Positions 39,981 to 48,938 of a stretch of 64,000 bases of DNA are shown piece by piece. Each line of letters starts with the position of its first letter. The first letter of the stretch is position 1. This stretch comes from an uncultured Methanosarcinales archaeon. Lineage in GTDB: Archaea; Nanobdellota; Nanobdellia; Woesearchaeales; CAZYIM01. The notes beneath the pieces were generated by a model. The model was not told the DNA's origin and did not search any database. It saw nothing but the letters and a program-made list of their open reading frames with translations. A program made the position numbers and the translations under genes. The DNA lies in contig CAZYIM010000001.1 of assembly GCA_964647565.1 (NCBI GenBank), positions 64,001-128,000 on the forward strand. The letters run 5' to 3'.

Positions 39981-40664
39981 TCATTTCCTGTTCAAGATTA
40001 TTATATTACCCTTGCCTTTCTTAATCTTATGGAGATAGTTCTTGTCCTCTAGATCTGCAATGATCAGGCTGATCTTGGCTTCTGATTGTGGGAAGTTTTT
40101 TCTTATCTCTTTTTGTGTTGTCCGGCCGCCCTCTTTCTTGATGTACATCAATACCTTCTGGCTTTCCTCGTCTAACTGCCAGAACTTGTTTATCCTTTTC
40201 CTTTGCTTCTTGATTAGGACAATCAGGATAATAATGCCTATGATCAGGGCTGCAAGCACTATGCCTAATACAGTAAAGTTAAAGCCCTTCTCAGAATATG
40301 TCACATCAGGGATGACAACATCCTCATCAAGGAGTTCATCACTATCAGAAATATCTGGAAACAATATCATGTCAAGCACATAGTCGCCGTCATCAAGTAT
40401 AGAGAATTCCTGTTCATCAACATATACTGTTCCCTTATCATTATAAGCAGCCCTTATATAATAGGTGCCGGGCGAGAGTGTGAATGTGAAAGTGCCGTCT
40501 TTTGAGACAAAAGTCTGTTCTGGTGTCGAGTTGATAGTCAATACAGTATTAGGCAAAAGGTCAAGGCTGGAATCGTAGATTGAACCTGTAACTGTTGCTG
40601 CAGAGACATAGGATGAAATTACCAATAGAAAAATTAGCATGAAAATAGTGATTCTCTTTAGCAT
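39981..40664 (-). CDS. Membrane-anchored regulator: extracellular beta-sandwich, TM, cytoplasmic wHTH
   Basis: Signal peptide; TVTG...DGTFTF..PGTY; TM; GGRTTQKEI...SEAKISL..DLE. Confidence 0.75.
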   Translation of the reverse strand: MLKRITIFMLIFLLVISSYVSAATVTGSIYDSSLDLLPNTVLTINSTPEQTFVSKDGTFTFTLSPGTYYIRAAYNDKGTVYVDEQEFSILDDGDYVLDMILFPDISDSDELLDEDVVIPDVTYSEKGFNFTVLGIVLAALIIGIIILIVLIKKQRKRINKFWQLDEESQKVLMYIKKEGGRTTQKEIRKNFPQSEAKISLIIADLEDKNYLHKIKKGKGNIIILNRK

Positions 40665-40851
40665 GCTCTTATTTCGGATATCAAGTTTAAAAATTTTACT
40701 GTAAAGTAAAAGAAGGTCAAATAAAGCTTTGTAAAGGGTAATAAAGTATTTTTCGCTTCTAATTTGGTCAGTTATGTAAGTTTATTTATAAACAACCTTT
40801 GCAATCTAATGCTTAAATGATTTGGAAAAAGATAACAAAAGGTGATAAGCG

Positions 40852-42492
40852 ATGAAAAAAATATATGTATATTTTGTTTTGGCATTGCTGGTTATGGCGA
40901 TGATACCAGCAACAATAGCCCAAACAAATGATAATGCGCCAACCCCCCGGGCCGTCAGGGCACATAATGTTAATGCCAGACAGGCTGTTGAAGGCCAAAG
41001 GCCTGACGCCCCGCCAAGAGCAACCCCTGCAAGAAATATAGCCCAGCAAGGTATTGCAAACAGGCTTAGGGTTTGCCACGATTTTCTGAAAAAGAATGAT
41101 CTGGCAGAGAAACCAATCGAGGCATGTAAAAAGATTCTTGACAAAGAGTTGGATTGTGTTGAGTTCCTTACAGATAAGGGTGTTGATGAACCCGTTGCTA
41201 AATGCGACAGGTTGTTTGCAGCAGGTGCAAAGATGATAAAAGCAAGATCACATCTTAGTCCAGCTGTGACAAATGCATTAAAAGAGAATAAGCTGAAAAA
41301 TCTAGATAGGTTTGTTGATGCACATCCTGAAGTAGAGGAATTTGTCCAAAGCCTGGAACCTGAAATGGCTGAATTGTTTGCACACCTACCTAGAGGCATC
41401 CAAATAAAAATAGCAGATTCAGACACTCCGTTAGAAGATCTGTCCAAATATGAACTGCATACTGTAGCTCAAGGACAGTTATTCAAGGCCAGAAAAATCG
41501 GCGCAGGTGTTTTGGCTAATGCAAAAGCTGCATTCAACAATGCAAAAGAAGGCTATAACCAAGCCAACAATATATATAATGAGAAAAAAGAAAATTTTCT
41601 CAAAGTCAAGAATCAACTTGAGGCTTGCAAGGGTCAGGATACAGAAGAATGTGTCAACCTCAGAAACAAGGCAATGGAAAATGCCCAGGCATTTGTCGCT
41701 AAGACAGGTGAGATGGCCATAAAGCATCTTGAGAAGATCAAGAGCAAGGCAGAAGGCGCTGAGAATCTTGACCAGGAAAAAGTTGACGAAATAATCGCAG
41801 ATGTAGATGCTGCAATTGAAGAGCTTCAGGCCGCGATAGATGAAGTCAACGCAGCCACAACAAAAGAAGAAGTCCAGGCTGCAGCAAAAAAGATTGATGA
41901 AATCTGGAATAGGATACGGCACAAGGGAAAGCTGGCCGCTGCCAGGATTGTCAATGCAGCTGTCGGTGAGATCATTGACAGGAGCGAACATCTTGAGTCC
42001 AAGCTTGACTGCACTTTGGCTGCCATGGAAGAGCAGGGCATTGATGTCAATGCAATTGACCTTTTGGTCGAGGATTTTTCCATGAAGATACAGGATGCCA
42101 ATGAGAAATATGACCTTGCACAGGAATACTTTGAACAGGCAGAAGATCTTAAGACAGAGAATCCTGATGAGACTGAAATCCAGGAAGTGATGAAGCTGGT
42201 CAACAGAGGCAGAGAGCTTATGCGACAGGCACATACAGATCTTAAGGATGCACACCAGGTGCTCAGGCATATCCTAAGAGAGATAAGGGCCAATGGAGGC
42301 AATATCGAAGCCTGTGAAGAAGAAGGCGAAGAGGAACTTGTTGTTGAAGAGTTGGATGATGACTCCGAAGAAGAGGAAGAAGAGACTGAAGACGATGACA
42401 CAGAAGACGAAGATGAAAATGATGAAGAAGAGGAAGACGAAGAAGACAATGACAACGACGAAGATGATGGAGACAACGAGACCAGCAGCTAG
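40852..42492 (+). CDS. Secreted helical protein with acidic C-terminal tail
   Basis: Signal peptide; heptad-rich; ~55-aa D/E tail; AGGTGA RBS. Confidence 0.8.
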   Translation: MKKIYVYFVLALLVMAMIPATIAQTNDNAPTPRAVRAHNVNARQAVEGQRPDAPPRATPARNIAQQGIANRLRVCHDFLKKNDLAEKPIEACKKILDKELDCVEFLTDKGVDEPVAKCDRLFAAGAKMIKARSHLSPAVTNALKENKLKNLDRFVDAHPEVEEFVQSLEPEMAELFAHLPRGIQIKIADSDTPLEDLSKYELHTVAQGQLFKARKIGAGVLANAKAAFNNAKEGYNQANNIYNEKKENFLKVKNQLEACKGQDTEECVNLRNKAMENAQAFVAKTGEMAIKHLEKIKSKAEGAENLDQEKVDEIIADVDAAIEELQAAIDEVNAATTKEEVQAAAKKIDEIWNRIRHKGKLAAARIVNAAVGEIIDRSEHLESKLDCTLAAMEEQGIDVNAIDLLVEDFSMKIQDANEKYDLAQEYFEQAEDLKTENPDETEIQEVMKLVNRGRELMRQAHTDLKDAHQVLRHILREIRANGGNIEACEEEGEEELVVEELDDDSEEEEEETEDDDTEDEDENDEEEEDEEDNDNDEDDGDNETSS

Positions 42493-42516
42493 TGTTGCTG
42501 AAGAGAGGTGTATAAA

Positions 42517-42756
42517 ATGCAAAAAGCAACACTATTGGTAATAATTGCACTTGCTGCAATGCTGTTAGTCACTGCCTGTGCCAAGACAACAGAAGAGATT
42601 GGTGAAGATGACACTGGTGCTAAGGATGCTGGAGAGGATGATTCAATCAACCTTGAAAATGCCGGCAATCCTGATGACATCGACGCCATAAGCAATGAGC
42701 TGGAAGACGAAGAACTGGACGAGATAACAGGTGAGATTGCTAACATCGACTGGTAA
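42517..42756 (+). CDS. Small acidic lipoprotein
   Basis: Lipobox VTAC; GAGGTG RBS; followed by an oligo-T tract. Confidence 0.7.
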   Translation: MQKATLLVIIALAAMLLVTACAKTTEEIGEDDTGAKDAGEDDSINLENAGNPDDIDAISNELEDEELDEITGEIANIDW

Positions 42757-42831
42757 TAATTATTTTTTATTTTTTTTAATTTTTTTCTTAATCAAAAGTT
42801 TTTTAACCATATCCTGCTTCTTAACACTCAC

Positions 42832-42927
42832 GCCAAGGTCGCATAATCCGGTATTGCGGCGGTCTCGAACAATCTTTCGAGCTAACCGCTCCCTTGGGGA
42901 TTCTCGGTTCGAATCCGAGCCTTGGCG
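42832..42927 (+). tRNA. tRNA-Ser(CGA) with a 14-nt intron at 37/38 (42870-42883)
   Basis: Acceptor GCCAAGG/CCTTGGC, G discriminator, anticodon stem GCGGT/ACCGC, long variable arm TCCC-TTG-GGGA, T arm CTCGG-TTCGAAT-CCGAG; relaxed BHB (CTCG/CGAG helix, AAC and CTA bulges); no encoded CCA. Confidence 0.9.
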
Positions 42928-42988
42928 TAACGAAGTGAAGTCAAGCTCGGGCCCAGCAACTCTGTTGCTCGTGTCCGAGCCTTGGCGT
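42914..42988 (+). repeat. 15-bp direct repeat of the tRNA 3' end
   Basis: TCCGAGCCTTGGCGT at 42914-42928 and 42974-42988. Confidence 0.9.
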
Positions 42989-43134
42989 TTTTTCTTCGAA
43001 AAAACTTAAGTCCTGATTCGAACATCTTCGCAAAACAAGTTTTACTTGAGTTACTCGAGCTAAGGAGCAAAGGTAAGAAATTCCTCAAGAAGTACAAGGT
43101 CATAAGGAAGTTTGTCGACAGTTTCAGGGTATAA
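42982..43134 (+). pseudogene. Possible orphan 3' gene fragment (...SPDSNIFAKQVLLELLELRSKGKKFLKKYKVIRKFVDSFRV*)
   Basis: Protein-like open frame with no good start, directly after the tRNA repeat. Confidence 0.35.
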
Positions 43135-43137
43135 ATT

Positions 43138-44082
43138 CTAGAAATCTGTTGTCCTTGTCAGCATGAATTGAGTATCTTTATTTCCACCTGTCAGCCAGAG
43201 ATAGTCATTGATGCCCATCTGGGTTGCTTGGATGTTATATAGCTCTTCTGCAATATATTTTACTGCCCAGATCGTGTTTGCTCTTATCTCATTGACATAT
43301 ATACCCCTGGTCGCTAATACCACTCTGTTTTCTATCTTTTCTTCCAGCTCAGGGCTGTATTCCAATATTTTCTTTTCATATAACTCTTTTGGCACAATAT
43401 AATCTGCAAGAGCAGTAAGTCGGTCAATATTAGTAAGTTTTCTTAGGAATGAGTGCGTGCTCTGGACCAGAGCCTGTGCTCTTTTCTGGAAATAGATGGT
43501 CTTTTCTTTATATTGTGCTGTGTCTGAAAATGATGGAAACTCTTCTGTGATTATATCAAGGAGATCAACTGCATCATCATTTGAAGCTGCCACCACATCC
43601 CTAAAATCACCATCATATTTATCCTTTAATGATGAACCGACTGATTGCAAGATTTCCAGTCTCTCTTTAAATAAAGGTATTTGTCTGTTTGCCCTAAGCA
43701 TTATTCCTAGATCATCTTTTGATATTGAGGATTGATAATCCGCATCAAGGATAGGCAAACCTTCTTCTCTTGCTCTTAGGATTGAAGCAACCAGGCTCCA
43801 TGAACCTCGTTTAAAAGTTTGGTTCTGATAATGTACCTGCCAATAGGGAGTTCCCCAGTACGAGAAGCTGAGTGCATTGAAGAGCAAGACAAAGTTAGCT
43901 TTCTCTTTTTCATCCAAAACTTTCAGGTCAAATGGCGTGTTTTCCAGCCAGTTCAAGGATATGTTATCAATCGATTCAATATTATCACAGAATTTTTTTA
44001 TCTGGCCTTGGTTTATCTTGACATGTTCAGAATTATCCACAACATATCTGGTGCTTTTTAGGATCTTTTCTATCTGGATCAT
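43138..44082 (-). CDS. Queuosine salvage family (DUF2419/QNG1-like) hydrolase
   Basis: FSYW; FPSFSD; YFQKRAQ; LTALADY.VP; EIRA; YLW. Confidence 0.85.
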   Translation of the reverse strand: MIQIEKILKSTRYVVDNSEHVKINQGQIKKFCDNIESIDNISLNWLENTPFDLKVLDEKEKANFVLLFNALSFSYWGTPYWQVHYQNQTFKRGSWSLVASILRAREEGLPILDADYQSSISKDDLGIMLRANRQIPLFKERLEILQSVGSSLKDKYDGDFRDVVAASNDDAVDLLDIITEEFPSFSDTAQYKEKTIYFQKRAQALVQSTHSFLRKLTNIDRLTALADYIVPKELYEKKILEYSPELEEKIENRVVLATRGIYVNEIRANTIWAVKYIAEELYNIQATQMGINDYLWLTGGNKDTQFMLTRTTDF

Positions 44083-44747
44083 GCAACCACCTTTGCATAT
44101 ATAGCTATGTTATGCTGTACCTTTGAACTTGAAACCTCAGTTGAGAGATTCGCATCTCCAAGTTCACAGAATATTTCTCTTGCTGTTTGGAGATTGGAAA
44201 ACTGGAAATAGGTCTGGATGATCGAGACTTTTGAGAAATGATTTGATAGAAGCCAGTCCTGGATCTCCTCATTTGATGTGTTATTCTTGATTATCTGTTC
44301 AAACTCGCAACCACCATTGTTTTCGATAACATAAATAGGATTCCCTTTCCTGATGACACGCTCTGCTTCAGAAAATGCCTGATTCCTTGTTTCAAGATCA
44401 GAGATTGCCCCAAAAGCCCAGGCTGCCAGGACAATATCTACAGATTGATTGGGCAGAGGCATATCCTGAGCTGATGAGCAAAAGAATTTGGTGTTTTGAC
44501 AAAGCTTTTCTCGGGCTATCTTCAGTTGTTCTGTCGCGATGTCCAATCCATAATAACATTTTGATACGGGTGCCAGTAATTGAGCGTATTTGCCAGTGCC
44601 ACAGCCAAGATCAAGAACAATCTTATCCTCGATTTTTGGCTTAATGTATTTGGCGATCAACTCGGGATAGTCTTCAGCCTGGCTAAATGAATCATATATT
44701 ATGGATTTTTCATAATAGGCTTCAGATATTGATTTGTAATCACTCAT
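44079..44747 (-). CDS. Class I SAM-dependent methyltransferase
   Basis: VLDLGCGTG; 4-nt overlap with the QNG1-like gene. Confidence 0.9.
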   Translation of the reverse strand: MSDYKSISEAYYEKSIIYDSFSQAEDYPELIAKYIKPKIEDKIVLDLGCGTGKYAQLLAPVSKCYYGLDIATEQLKIAREKLCQNTKFFCSSAQDMPLPNQSVDIVLAAWAFGAISDLETRNQAFSEAERVIRKGNPIYVIENNGGCEFEQIIKNNTSNEEIQDWLLSNHFSKVSIIQTYFQFSNLQTAREIFCELGDANLSTEVSSSKVQHNIAIYAKVVA

Positions 44748-44840
44748 AAATAGTTAAATAATTTTATTTGTTTATTAAATTATGCATCAATATTTCCACA
44801 ATAATAAAGTTTATAAAGCCAGAAAGTTTATTATTATGTA

Positions 44841-45785
44841 ATGATAGATAAAATTGACAAAAAAATACTTTTGGCGCTGATCACGGACTCAAGAACTCCA
44901 ATCAGCACGATTGCCAAGAAAGCAAACATCTCAAGGGATGTAACCAATTATAGAATTAACAGGATGCTAAAACAAGGCATCATCAGGGATTTCATAACTA
45001 TAATAGACACCCAAAAACTAGGCTACACATCTGCTTTGTTCTTTGTGTCAATCAATGCTAAAGTTGAAAGGGAGTTTATAGAATACATCAACCATCTCGA
45101 CTTCGTCTCATGGGCAGGCACACATCTGGGCTTCTGGAACATGGGAATGGCCATATATGGTAAGAACAATGATGAAGTTGAGAAAAGGTTCCAGATCATA
45201 CTCAAGAAATTCAAGGAACATATCATCAACCATCGATTTGCATTCTATAAGAATACAAAGTTCTTTACAGAAAAGTATTTTGGCGCTAGTGTTTCAAGGC
45301 TTGCCCCTAAAGTTAAGGTTGAAGAATACAAGATAGATAAATATGACAAGATAATACTGAAAAATTTATCAAAGAACGCAAGAGTGTCAAGTGTGGAGCT
45401 TTCAAAACAGATTCCGCTTACTGCTCCCGCAATTAGCCAGAGGATCTCAAAGCTCAAGAAAAGTGGATACATACTTCAGTTTTCAGCATACATCAATGTT
45501 TTCAAGATAGGCATGTACCAGTTCATATTCTTCATCACCAACAGGAAATTAGACGATAGGAGAAAACTGTATGAATTCCTGGAGTTCCATCCTAAAGTTC
45601 CCTTGTTGCTTGACTATGTTGGAGATCCATTCATCGAATTCGGCATATTTGCCCAAGATCCATACGAAGCAAGGGCAAGCCTACAGGAGATTAAAGAGAT
45701 GTTCCCTGACAGCCAGCTGGTTGATTTCTTCATGTCACAGGAGGACTTTATATCCTATGGAGCTCCTGATTGTGTCTTTGAATAA
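44841..45785 (+). CDS. Tandem (double) Lrp/AsnC regulator
   Basis: Two IDK.D..IL..L..(D/N)(S/A)R HTH units. Confidence 0.85.
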   Translation: MIDKIDKKILLALITDSRTPISTIAKKANISRDVTNYRINRMLKQGIIRDFITIIDTQKLGYTSALFFVSINAKVEREFIEYINHLDFVSWAGTHLGFWNMGMAIYGKNNDEVEKRFQIILKKFKEHIINHRFAFYKNTKFFTEKYFGASVSRLAPKVKVEEYKIDKYDKIILKNLSKNARVSSVELSKQIPLTAPAISQRISKLKKSGYILQFSAYINVFKIGMYQFIFFITNRKLDDRRKLYEFLEFHPKVPLLLDYVGDPFIEFGIFAQDPYEARASLQEIKEMFPDSQLVDFFMSQEDFISYGAPDCVFE

Positions 45786-45787
45786 AA

Positions 45788-46528
45788 ATGTACAAAACAA
45801 AAAGTATTGATGGCGAAGAGCTGCAATATCTGCACAAAGGAAAAGGAGATAAGGTAGTTTTCCTGCATAGTTTTGGCTGTCCTCCGCACGAGTATAGGCT
45901 TCTTGATCTATTGGCAGAAGATCATGAACTGATTGCGCCTAAAATGTACAGCATGAACTATCTTAAAAAGCAGCCCACAACTCTAAAGGGTTATACAGAT
46001 CTTACAAGGAAATTCATTGAGAGTTTTAGCTGGAAAGAATATCACATAGTCGGCCATTCAACAGGCGGCACAGTGGCCTATCTGTTGGCAGATGAAAAAG
46101 CTATTGATGTTGCAGGATTGGATCCGCTAATGCCTGTCGATTATGGATTGTTCCAATTTGCTTTGAGAGGCACTCTTCTTGGCTTAAGGGAAATGTCAGG
46201 CATCGCAGCAGGATGGAAGAGCGTGAAATTCACCAACAAGCTGGCCTTGCCTCTGGTTGTGGATTTGTTTCGAAACCTGCCTGCAACTCTAAAAGTAACC
46301 AAGGATATCTGCAGGTTTAATTATTCTAATCTAAATGTTAAGAAAAAAGCAGTATTATTGATGGGAGCGCATGATGAATACTTCAAGGTCACTGAAAAAA
46401 GCAAGACACAGCTGAAGCAATCATTCAAGCAAATCGAAATAAAGATCCTGAAGGGAAAGAACCATGACTGGCCTATCTTTTATCCTAAGATGGCAAAAAA
46501 AGAATTGAAACAATTCTGGAAAAAGTAA
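45788..46528 (+). CDS. Alpha/beta hydrolase
   Basis: VFLHS; GHSTGG nucleophile elbow; D; H. Confidence 0.85.
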   Translation: MYKTKSIDGEELQYLHKGKGDKVVFLHSFGCPPHEYRLLDLLAEDHELIAPKMYSMNYLKKQPTTLKGYTDLTRKFIESFSWKEYHIVGHSTGGTVAYLLADEKAIDVAGLDPLMPVDYGLFQFALRGTLLGLREMSGIAAGWKSVKFTNKLALPLVVDLFRNLPATLKVTKDICRFNYSNLNVKKKAVLLMGAHDEYFKVTEKSKTQLKQSFKQIEIKILKGKNHDWPIFYPKMAKKELKQFWKK

Positions 46529-46601
46529 TCATCCAGTCAAAGCCAGGGCATTAATTTCTTTAATCGAAATATTTATAAGCTTAAGTACATTTTTATACCT
46601 T

Positions 46602-47216
46602 ATGGTAAATTATTATACCTACTTGGAAATTTATCTAGATAATCTAGATAAGCATGTGAACCTTAATGAGTTTGAAAAACATTTCAAGAGACCTCATCAG
46701 ACAATAAAGAGATATTTGGACAATCTTGTAAAGAACAAGATCCTTTTAGAAGAGAAAAAAGCCAGGTTTAGGTTCTATACGCTTAACAAAGAAAACCAGC
46801 TCATCTTTGAATACATCTCAATCTGCGAGAAACAGAGATTGTTCAGGCTATTGGAAAAACCTCTTTTAAGAAGGCTTTATGATTTCTTAACTCCCCATTT
46901 GGCAAATAATAAAATATTAGTATTCGGCTCATCGCTGACCAAGAAAAGCTTCAGCGATATAGACTTGTTGATCCTATCTGACGATGCAGAGATTCTTGAA
47001 ACACTCGATAAGTTCCAAAAAACGTATTCTGTAGAAATTCATGCTATCCAAACATCTTCCGAAAATCTTGGCCAAGCTTTTATTAAGGAGATTATCCAAA
47101 ATCATGTCATCCTAAATAGGCATGATTATTTCGTGAAACTTTTGTACAAGAATGACATCCAAAATTCACTGGTGCATCCAAAAGAAGAGAGGAATCAAGT
47201 TTATCGAGCCAAATGA
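46602..47216 (+). CDS. wHTH + minimal nucleotidyltransferase (MNT antitoxin-like)
   Basis: VFGS...SDIDL. Confidence 0.85.
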   Translation: MVNYYTYLEIYLDNLDKHVNLNEFEKHFKRPHQTIKRYLDNLVKNKILLEEKKARFRFYTLNKENQLIFEYISICEKQRLFRLLEKPLLRRLYDFLTPHLANNKILVFGSSLTKKSFSDIDLLILSDDAEILETLDKFQKTYSVEIHAIQTSSENLGQAFIKEIIQNHVILNRHDYFVKLLYKNDIQNSLVHPKEERNQVYRAK

Positions 47217-47622
47217 CAATCTATCTGAGGAGTATTATTCAACAGCAGAAGAGACTTTAAGGATCGCTAATCAGATAAAAGACAGCGGATCAAATATGTG
47301 GTTAGCCACACAAAAATATTATACAGAATATTTCGCTGCTTATGCGCTTCTAATGAAGATCGGCATAAAATCCGAGATGCATAGCTGCACAATAGAAGTT
47401 ATTAAACTCCTGGAAGAAGAGAAACTAGTTGATTTTGATTTTACATCTATTTTAAACAAAGATAAGCAATTGCGAATAGACAACCAATATTATCTTAAGA
47501 ACAGATCAGTTGAGCTTGATTCAAAAAAGCTTGCTGAATTACTGCTAAGGATCAGAAAAGTGCTTGATGAGATAGATATGGAAATAATAAAAAAATTAAG
47601 GAAAAAGATAAATATGCTATAG
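47152..47622 (+). CDS. HEPN-domain protein
   Basis: YY..Y.A.YALL..IG..S..H; R...QY. Confidence 0.8.
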   Translation: MTSKIHWCIQKKRGIKFIEPNDNLSEEYYSTAEETLRIANQIKDSGSNMWLATQKYYTEYFAAYALLMKIGIKSEMHSCTIEVIKLLEEEKLVDFDFTSILNKDKQLRIDNQYYLKNRSVELDSKKLAELLLRIRKVLDEIDMEIIKKLRKKINML

Positions 47623-47707
47623 AATTCTTATGTAACTAATTTTTTAAACAATTAGTAATCTTTGCAAAAGTGAATGATAAGTCTGTGTTCCGCAAGTGAG
47701 CTATTCT

Positions 47708-48070
47708 TCAGTATTGCTCAAAATTATAATCTTGATCCAAAAGACTCTGCTGCTGGCAAAACCCGCATTCTACTTTAGGCAAATCACTTTCGGCATGCCG
47801 CATTTCCTGCTCGAGATGTTCTCCAACATAAGTCCATTCACACTTTTTTGTGAAAGCGTCGCACATAAGCGCCATCGGAGGATGATTATCATCATAAGCA
47901 AACATCCGCGGAGTTCCTCCATGTCTTGCCACAATTAGCTGGCCATCGTAATCAGTCATTCGCATGACACTGGAATTTTCTGGAGGCAATGGTGTGGAAG
48001 CTATAATTTTATCTAAATTACTCATATTGATTAATTCTATATTTAGTAATGGTTGTTTTGGTTTTTTCAT
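47708..48070 (-). CDS. Hypothetical protein with Cys motifs
   Basis: C.....C and CGFC. Confidence 0.55.
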   Translation of the reverse strand: MKKPKQPLLNIELINMSNLDKIIASTPLPPENSSVMRMTDYDGQLIVARHGGTPRMFAYDDNHPPMALMCDAFTKKCEWTYVGEHLEQEMRHAESDLPKVECGFCQQQSLLDQDYNFEQY

Positions 48071-48185
48071 AGTATATCCCCTCTTTAATTGAGAATAATG
48101 TAAAAATAACCGCCTCTGTTATAAGGGTTTGTGGTGCTACCCAATCACCACAAGTTTTTTATATGAAAACAACATTTCATATATT

Positions 48186-48929
48186 ATGTCGCTGGAATCC
48201 TTACAGGCACTAGGCTTGACTGCAAACGAGAGCAATATATATCTTTGCCTATTGAAAAGGGGAAGTAGTCTGGCAGGAGAGATTACAGAAAAATCAGGCA
48301 TACACAGAAGAAATGTATATGATTCCCTGGAGCGGCTTATCCAAAAAGGCCTGGTCAGCTTTGTTGTAATCAACAAGAGGAAATATTTCTCTGCAACTGA
48401 TCCAAAAAGATTCTTAGGTATTATCGGGGAACAGGAATTGGCGCTCGAAAGGCAGAGACAAGAAGTTCAAAAAATGATTCCTCAGCTTATCCAACAAAAA
48501 GACAGCGAAAAGTTACTGCAGGATGTTCATTTTTTCAGAGGGGTTGAAGGATTAAAATCGCTATATGAAGAGATACTGCAAACAGGAAAAGACTATTTCG
48601 GCTATGGTCCAGGAGACCGGCTTGAAAAGATTCTCAGGTTCTATTTTGACCATTTCCAGACCAGGAGAAAAGCAAGCAGAATACATGCACGATTAATTTA
48701 TGGCGAAAAAGCAAGAGGAAAAAAATACAGTGCAACCAACCAGCTCAACAATATAAGATTCCTGCCAGAGGAATACTCCAGTCATGCAGCGCTTAGGATA
48801 TTCGGCGACCATGTAGCCATACTATTGCTTGAGGAAGACCAGCCCCTGGCCATTGTAATCAAGAACAGGCAGATAGCACTGGGCTACAAAAAATACTTCG
48901 AAGTCATATGGCAAACAGCCAGGGAGTGA
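48186..48929 (+). CDS. TrmB-family transcriptional regulator
   Basis: LQALGLT.NE..IYL.LL; R.NVYD.LERL.QKGLV; PLD-like effector domain ending FEVIW. Confidence 0.9.
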   Translation: MSLESLQALGLTANESNIYLCLLKRGSSLAGEITEKSGIHRRNVYDSLERLIQKGLVSFVVINKRKYFSATDPKRFLGIIGEQELALERQRQEVQKMIPQLIQQKDSEKLLQDVHFFRGVEGLKSLYEEILQTGKDYFGYGPGDRLEKILRFYFDHFQTRRKASRIHARLIYGEKARGKKYSATNQLNNIRFLPEEYSSHAALRIFGDHVAILLLEEDQPLAIVIKNRQIALGYKKYFEVIWQTARE

Positions 48930-48938
48930 GGGCTATTT

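Noticed and set aside
41479..42559. Long Ser-rich and Phe-rich minus-strand ORFs
   Set aside because: Antisense shadows of the acidic protein at 40852-42492
39341..47622. Prophage or defence island suggested by two TA pairs and the tRNA
   Set aside because: No integrase, capsid or recognised defence genes; RelE-like and MNT-HEPN pairs are common in archaea
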